The notes under the pieces: generated by a model | Databases searched by the model: none | What the model was told of the DNA's origin: nothing | What the model saw: the letters and a program-made list of their open reading frames with translations, nothing else | Translations under genes and position numbers: made by a program | Part shown: positions 59,939 through 64,000 of the stretch, in pieces | Layout: every line of letters begins with the position of its first letter | Position numbering within the stretch: position 1 is the stretch's first letter | From: Tissierellia bacterium | GTDB lineage: Bacteria > Bacillota > Clostridia > Tissierellales > Tissierellaceae | Assembly: GCA_012728125.1 (NCBI GenBank) | Contig: JAAYFT010000127.1 | Location: 862 to 64,861 of the forward strand | Direction: 5' to 3' | Length of the DNA: 64,000 nucleotides

Positions 59939-61999
59939 ATGGAACATTTGTCTACGAACATACAATATTTAAAAGGAGTTGGCCCAAAAAGAGCGTCTAA
60001 GCTTAGGAAATTAGGCATTAATACCATAGAGGATCTATTATATTACATACCAAGGGATTATGACGACAGGACCCAATTCAAAACCCTTAGAGAATGTAAA
60101 ATAGGAGAAAAGGCAAGCTTAGAAGTAGAAATCCTGGGTGAGGCAAATATAATTAGGCCCAGAAAAAATCTATCCATTTTAAAGATCCCTGTTAGGGATA
60201 TTTCTTATAATGGTTATTTAGTTTGGTTTAATCAAGAGTTTTTAAAAAATAAGTTCTTCATTGGTGAAAGACTTGTTGTAAACGGAAAAATTAATAGAGT
60301 AGGTAGAGAGTTGCAGATTGTAAATCCTATTTATGAAAAAGTAGGGAGGAAGGAAAAAGTAGGTAGAATTATGCCTATTTATCCCTTGACTGAAGGGATT
60401 ACAAATAATGAAATTATAAAATTAGTAGAAAATGCCTTGGAAAAATACTTATATAATGTTGATGAATTTTTACCAAAAGATATAATAGAAAAATATAATC
60501 TTATGAGAGTTCAAGATGCTATTTACAATATTCACTTTCCCAAGAGTAAAGATTTATTAGAAAGGGCTAAAAGAAGGCTATCTTTCCAAGAATTGTTGAT
60601 TTTACAAATGGGATTATTCCTCATTAAAAATAAGAATTTGAATCATAAAAATGGTATTAGCTTCAAAAAAATAAATGAAGTAGATGAATTCATTGAGGGT
60701 TTACCTTTTAGCCTTACAAATGCTCAAAGGAAAGTGGTTAAGGAAATTGAAGAGGATATGGAAAAAGATGTTCAAATGAATAGGTTGGTACAAGGGGATG
60801 TAGGATCAGGCAAGACTGTTGTTGCTGTTATTGCAATCTTTAAGGCAGTAATGTCAGGTTATCAAGCTGTTATGATGGCTCCTACAGAGATATTGGCTTC
60901 ACAACATTTTGAATCCTTAAAGAAGTTTTATAAGGGTTATGACATAGAGGTAGAACTACTGATAGGAAGTATACCACAGAAGAAGAAAGAGGAAATCTTG
61001 TCTAGGCTAAAAGATGGTTCCATAGATGTAATAGTTGGGACCCATGCCATAATACAGGATAATGTAGAATTTAATAAACTTGGCCTTGCAATAACAGATG
61101 AACAACATAGGTTTGGAGTAAAACAAAGAGCGGTTCTAACTCAAAAGGGTGATAATCCTGATATTATAGTCATGACAGCTACTCCAATACCAAGAACCTT
61201 AGCTTTGATTTTATATGGAGATTTAGACATTTCGATTATCGATGAGCTACCGCCTGGTAGAAAGGAAATTGAAACTTATGCAGTTGGCCCTGACATGATT
61301 AATAGGATAAATAAATTTATAGAAAAACAAGTTGTAGAAGGTAGACAGGCATACATTGTATGTCCTTTAATAGAAGAAAGTGATACTTTAACTATCAAAG
61401 CAGCTGAGGAATTATATATAAATTTTAGAGATAATATATTTCCAAACTTTAGGGTTGGTCTTCTTCATGGAAAAATGAAACCTAAAGAAAAGGATTATAT
61501 TATGGAGGAATTTAAAAACCATAATATTGATATATTAGTATCTACTACGGTTATTGAAGTAGGTGTAAATGTACCAAACGCCAATATAATGGTTATTTAT
61601 AATGCTGAAAGGTTCGGATTAGCCCAGCTTCATCAACTTAGGGGGAGAGTGGGAAGAGGTAATTATCAATCATATTGTATATTAATCAATGAAAGCAACA
61701 ATCCTATATCTAGGGAAAGAATGAGGATATTACAAAGTACTACCGATGGTTTTGTTATTTCTGAAAAGGATTTGGAACTAAGGGGACCAGGTGAATTCTT
61801 TGGTACTAGACAGCATGGATTACCAGAATTAAAGATTGCAAATTTATTTACAGATATGGATATTTTAAAATTGGCACAAAAAGAGGCTATGGACATTATA
61901 CAAAAAGATCCTAAATTGGAGAAGAGGAACTATCAAAAAATAAAAATGAGGATTCAACAGTTATTCAGTGGTTCAGGTAAAGAAATAGTTTTTAATTAA
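59939..61999 (+). CDS. recG: ATP-dependent DNA helicase RecG
   Basis: IQYLKGVGPKRA, wedge domain, LPFSLTNAQRKV, QGDVGSGKTVVA, TDEQHRFGV, TATPIPRTLA, QLHQLRGRVGRG. Confidence 0.97.
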   Translation: MEHLSTNIQYLKGVGPKRASKLRKLGINTIEDLLYYIPRDYDDRTQFKTLRECKIGEKASLEVEILGEANIIRPRKNLSILKIPVRDISYNGYLVWFNQEFLKNKFFIGERLVVNGKINRVGRELQIVNPIYEKVGRKEKVGRIMPIYPLTEGITNNEIIKLVENALEKYLYNVDEFLPKDIIEKYNLMRVQDAIYNIHFPKSKDLLERAKRRLSFQELLILQMGLFLIKNKNLNHKNGISFKKINEVDEFIEGLPFSLTNAQRKVVKEIEEDMEKDVQMNRLVQGDVGSGKTVVAVIAIFKAVMSGYQAVMMAPTEILASQHFESLKKFYKGYDIEVELLIGSIPQKKKEEILSRLKDGSIDVIVGTHAIIQDNVEFNKLGLAITDEQHRFGVKQRAVLTQKGDNPDIIVMTATPIPRTLALILYGDLDISIIDELPPGRKEIETYAVGPDMINRINKFIEKQVVEGRQAYIVCPLIEESDTLTIKAAEELYINFRDNIFPNFRVGLLHGKMKPKEKDYIMEEFKNHNIDILVSTTVIEVGVNVPNANIMVIYNAERFGLAQLHQLRGRVGRGNYQSYCILINESNNPISRERMRILQSTTDGFVISEKDLELRGPGEFFGTRQHGLPELKIANLFTDMDILKLAQKEAMDIIQKDPKLEKRNYQKIKMRIQQLFSGSGKEIVFN

Positions 62000-62062
62000 T
62001 ACTATTCAATTATTTACAATTTATGATAAAATACTATTGTATAAAGCATGAGGAGGAAAACA

Positions 62063-62620
62063 TTGAGGGTTATATCTGGAACTAGGAAAGGTCATCGTTT
62101 AAAATCCCCTAAGGGTAGAAATATAAGACCTACGGAGGATAGAATCAAAGAGTCCTTATTTAATATACTAGGAGTTATAAGCAGCGAAGCCATCGTATTA
62201 GATGGCTTTGGTGGAACAGGCTCTATAGGTATTGAGTTTTTAAGCAGGGGGGCTAAGTTTTGTTATTTTGTGGACAATTCCACAGAGAGTATAAACTTAA
62301 TACATGAAAACTTAACTCATACTAAATTCTTAGATCAAAGCAAGGTTATTAAAAGAGACTTTTTTGCAGCTTTGAAGTTTTTAAAAGGAGAAGGTATAAG
62401 ATTTAATTATATCTATCTTGACCCTCCCTTTAGACAAGATGGATATATAAATAAATTATTGGAAAGCATTGACAGGGAAGAGATTTTAGCTAAAGACGGA
62501 TTAATTATAATTGAACATGAATCTGAACTTTCAACTGAAGATGAGATTTATAGATTTATAAAGGTTGATTCAAGAAAATACGGTAGCAAGACTATATCAT
62601 TTTATGAAGAAAAAAAGTAG
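62063..62620 (+). CDS. rsmD: 16S rRNA (guanine966-N2)-methyltransferase RsmD
   Basis: LRVISGTRKGHRLKSPKGRNIRPTEDRIKESLFNIL, DGFGGTGSIGIE, YLDPPF. TTG 62063 lies 6 nt after AGGAGG. Confidence 0.93.
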   Translation: MRVISGTRKGHRLKSPKGRNIRPTEDRIKESLFNILGVISSEAIVLDGFGGTGSIGIEFLSRGAKFCYFVDNSTESINLIHENLTHTKFLDQSKVIKRDFFAALKFLKGEGIRFNYIYLDPPFRQDGYINKLLESIDREEILAKDGLIIIEHESELSTEDEIYRFIKVDSRKYGSKTISFYEEKK

Positions 62621-62630
62621 GTGAAAGTTA

Positions 62631-63113
62631 ATGAATGCAATTTATCCTGGTAGTTTTGACCCAGTAACTTACGGACATTTAGATATAATTGAAAGAGCAG
62701 CCAAAAAATTAGACCATTTAATAGTGGCTGTATTGAATAATCCTGCAAAAACAGGAGTTTTTACAATTGAAGAAAGAATAGACTTACTAACTGAGGTGAC
62801 TAAACATCTACCAAATGTGGAAATAGACTTTTTTTCAGGTCTACTTTCTGATTATGCAGTTAAAAAAAATTGCTATACTATGATCAGAGGCCTTAGAGCA
62901 GTTTCAGATTTTGAATATGAAATGCAAATGGCCCTAGTTAACAGAAAGTTAAATCCTAAAATAGAAACGCTTTTCCTAGTATCTGATAGTAAATACTCTT
63001 TCCTAAGTTCTAGCATAGTAAAGGAAATTGCTCAATTACAAGGAAATTTTTCTTGCTTTGTTCCAAAGGTTGTAGAAGAAGCCCTTAAGAACAAATTTAA
63101 AGGAGGTTTATAG
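62631..63113 (+). CDS. coaD: pantetheine-phosphate adenylyltransferase
   Basis: [40 protein letters not shown]. Confidence 0.97.
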   Translation: MNAIYPGSFDPVTYGHLDIIERAAKKLDHLIVAVLNNPAKTGVFTIEERIDLLTEVTKHLPNVEIDFFSGLLSDYAVKKNCYTMIRGLRAVSDFEYEMQMALVNRKLNPKIETLFLVSDSKYSFLSSSIVKEIAQLQGNFSCFVPKVVEEALKNKFKGGL

Positions 63114-63114
63114 G

Positions 63115-63558
63115 ATGGATATTTTAATGTTAATTGATGAAATAGAGGATATTGTAGAAGCAGGAACCTCAGTACCTTTTTCTGGAAAAGTGATGATAGA
63201 TAAAGAAGAGGTACTAGAGATTATAAAGGAGATTAGAATTAAATTACCTGATGAGATTAAACAGGCTGCCTGGATAAAGGAAGAAAGACAGAGAATTTTA
63301 GCACAGGCACAAAAAGATGCAGATACCATGCTTAAGGAAGCTGAATATAAGCTTGAAGAATTAATTGAGGAGCAGGAAGTAATAAAACTAGCCAATGCCA
63401 GGGCGGAGGAAATAATTAATAAGGCACAATCAAATGCAAAGGATATAAGACTAGGTGCCCTAGATTATGCTGATAGTATCCTTGAAGAGACTCAGGAAAA
63501 TTTAAAGAAACTTATTCAAGTATTAAATGATAATAGGAAGGAACTTAAAGGTAATTAG
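63115..63558 (+). CDS. coiled-coil protein of unknown function (ATP-synthase-subunit-b/H-like heptad protein)
   Basis: 147 aa, Glu/Lys-rich heptads (ILAQAQKDADTMLKEAEYKLEELIEEQE...ARAEEIINKAQSNAKD). Start is 1 nt after the coaD stop. Function not recognisable. Confidence 0.7.
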   Translation: MDILMLIDEIEDIVEAGTSVPFSGKVMIDKEEVLEIIKEIRIKLPDEIKQAAWIKEERQRILAQAQKDADTMLKEAEYKLEELIEEQEVIKLANARAEEIINKAQSNAKDIRLGALDYADSILEETQENLKKLIQVLNDNRKELKGN

Positions 63559-64000
63559 TATTTTTCCTTTAAGCCATTGAACAATAGGTATATAAAAATA
63601 GATAATAGTAAAATATACAAATTCAACATTAGGACAAGCTTTGCAGAATTAAATACTAAGGATATCCAATTAAGCAAGTTAAATTCACTATATAATTGGA
63701 TATTATTAAAAAATGTGGGCTGTATATAATCTTTGTATTTTAAAGTATATAGTATGAAACCGAAAACAGATGATAAAAGACCATGGAAGAACTTTGAAAT
63801 AATATAAAGCTTTCCATTTAAGTCTGTAGTATTTATGAAGCTTAGGGCCTGGCTATGAACTGAAATACCGCTCCAACCTATTACAAAATTTATGGCTAGG
63901 ATTTTATACATAAGGTTAATATTGGCTTCAGCAATATTTTTACAACCTGTAGTCATTTCAAAAAAGCCAACTATAACACCTTTTAATAGTTGACTATCTA
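63555..64000 (-). CDS. ylbJ: sporulation integral membrane protein YlbJ-like (nucleoside-recognition-domain family), 5' end beyond the window
   Basis: The minus-strand frame stays open through base 64000 (..DSQLLKGVIVGFFEMTTGC..). It is hydrophobic and multi-pass, and convergent with coaD as ylbJ is in B. subtilis. It overlaps the upstream convergent gene by 4 nt. Confidence 0.75.
   Translation of the reverse strand, partial: DSQLLKGVIVGFFEMTTGCKNIAEANINLMYKILAINFVIGWSGISVHSQALSFINTTDLNGKLYIISKFFHGLLSSVFGFILYTLKYKDYIQPTFFNNIQLYSEFNLLNWISLVFNSAKLVLMLNLYILLLSIFIYLLFNGLKEKY

Overview
This is a visibly AT-rich chromosomal segment from an endospore-forming Firmicute, with Clostridia/Tissierellia-like gene content. 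Nearly all genes lie on the + strand and are tightly packed. The order follows well-known Bacillus/Clostridium housekeeping blocks: bofC-like-ruvCAB-spoIID-like-queA-tgt-yajC; recJ-relA-dtd-MBL-hemZ; T-box-aspS-tcdA; glyA; DUF512-der-plsY-gpsA-spoIVA; yggS-sepF-yggT-ylmH-divIVA; yteA-like-lspA-rluD-pyrR; rqcH / yicC-remA-gmk-rpoZ-coaBC-priA-def-fmt-rsmB-rlmN-stp-prkC-rsgA-rpe; TPP riboswitch-thiT-thiN; rpmB / asp23-yloV-recG-rsmD-coaD / ylbJ. I call about 66 CDS, one tRNA-Pro(GGG), one Asp T-box leader, one TPP riboswitch, several strong sigma-A-type promoters and many intrinsic terminators. I found no CRISPR array, transposase, integrase, recognisable defence system or toxin-antitoxin pair, so I cannot support a claim of a novel multi-gene system here. 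The only clearly non-core patch is about 27.4-31.1 kb. It holds a multiply disrupted ftsH paralogue that has lost its AAA+ core, a solo tRNA-Pro transcription unit, an orphan TipA-class MerR regulator with a textbook 19-bp-spacer promoter and palindrome, and a coding-frame remnant interrupted by two in-frame TAG codons. The smaller observations are listed in the findings:
- an unassignable 244-aa ORF;
- an SD-sequestering hairpin before the bofC-like gene;
- a small membrane ORF at the syntenic position of spoVM;
- two sets of direct repeats upstream of operons;
- a G8 tract inside ylmH;
- a CsoR-family regulator lacking the canonical His ligand;
- a pump-less HlyD-like protein at the head of the division cluster.
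All functional calls come from reading the translated ORFs by eye, with no database search, and several start codons were moved downstream of the ORF-track start to sit behind a Shine-Dalgarno sequence.
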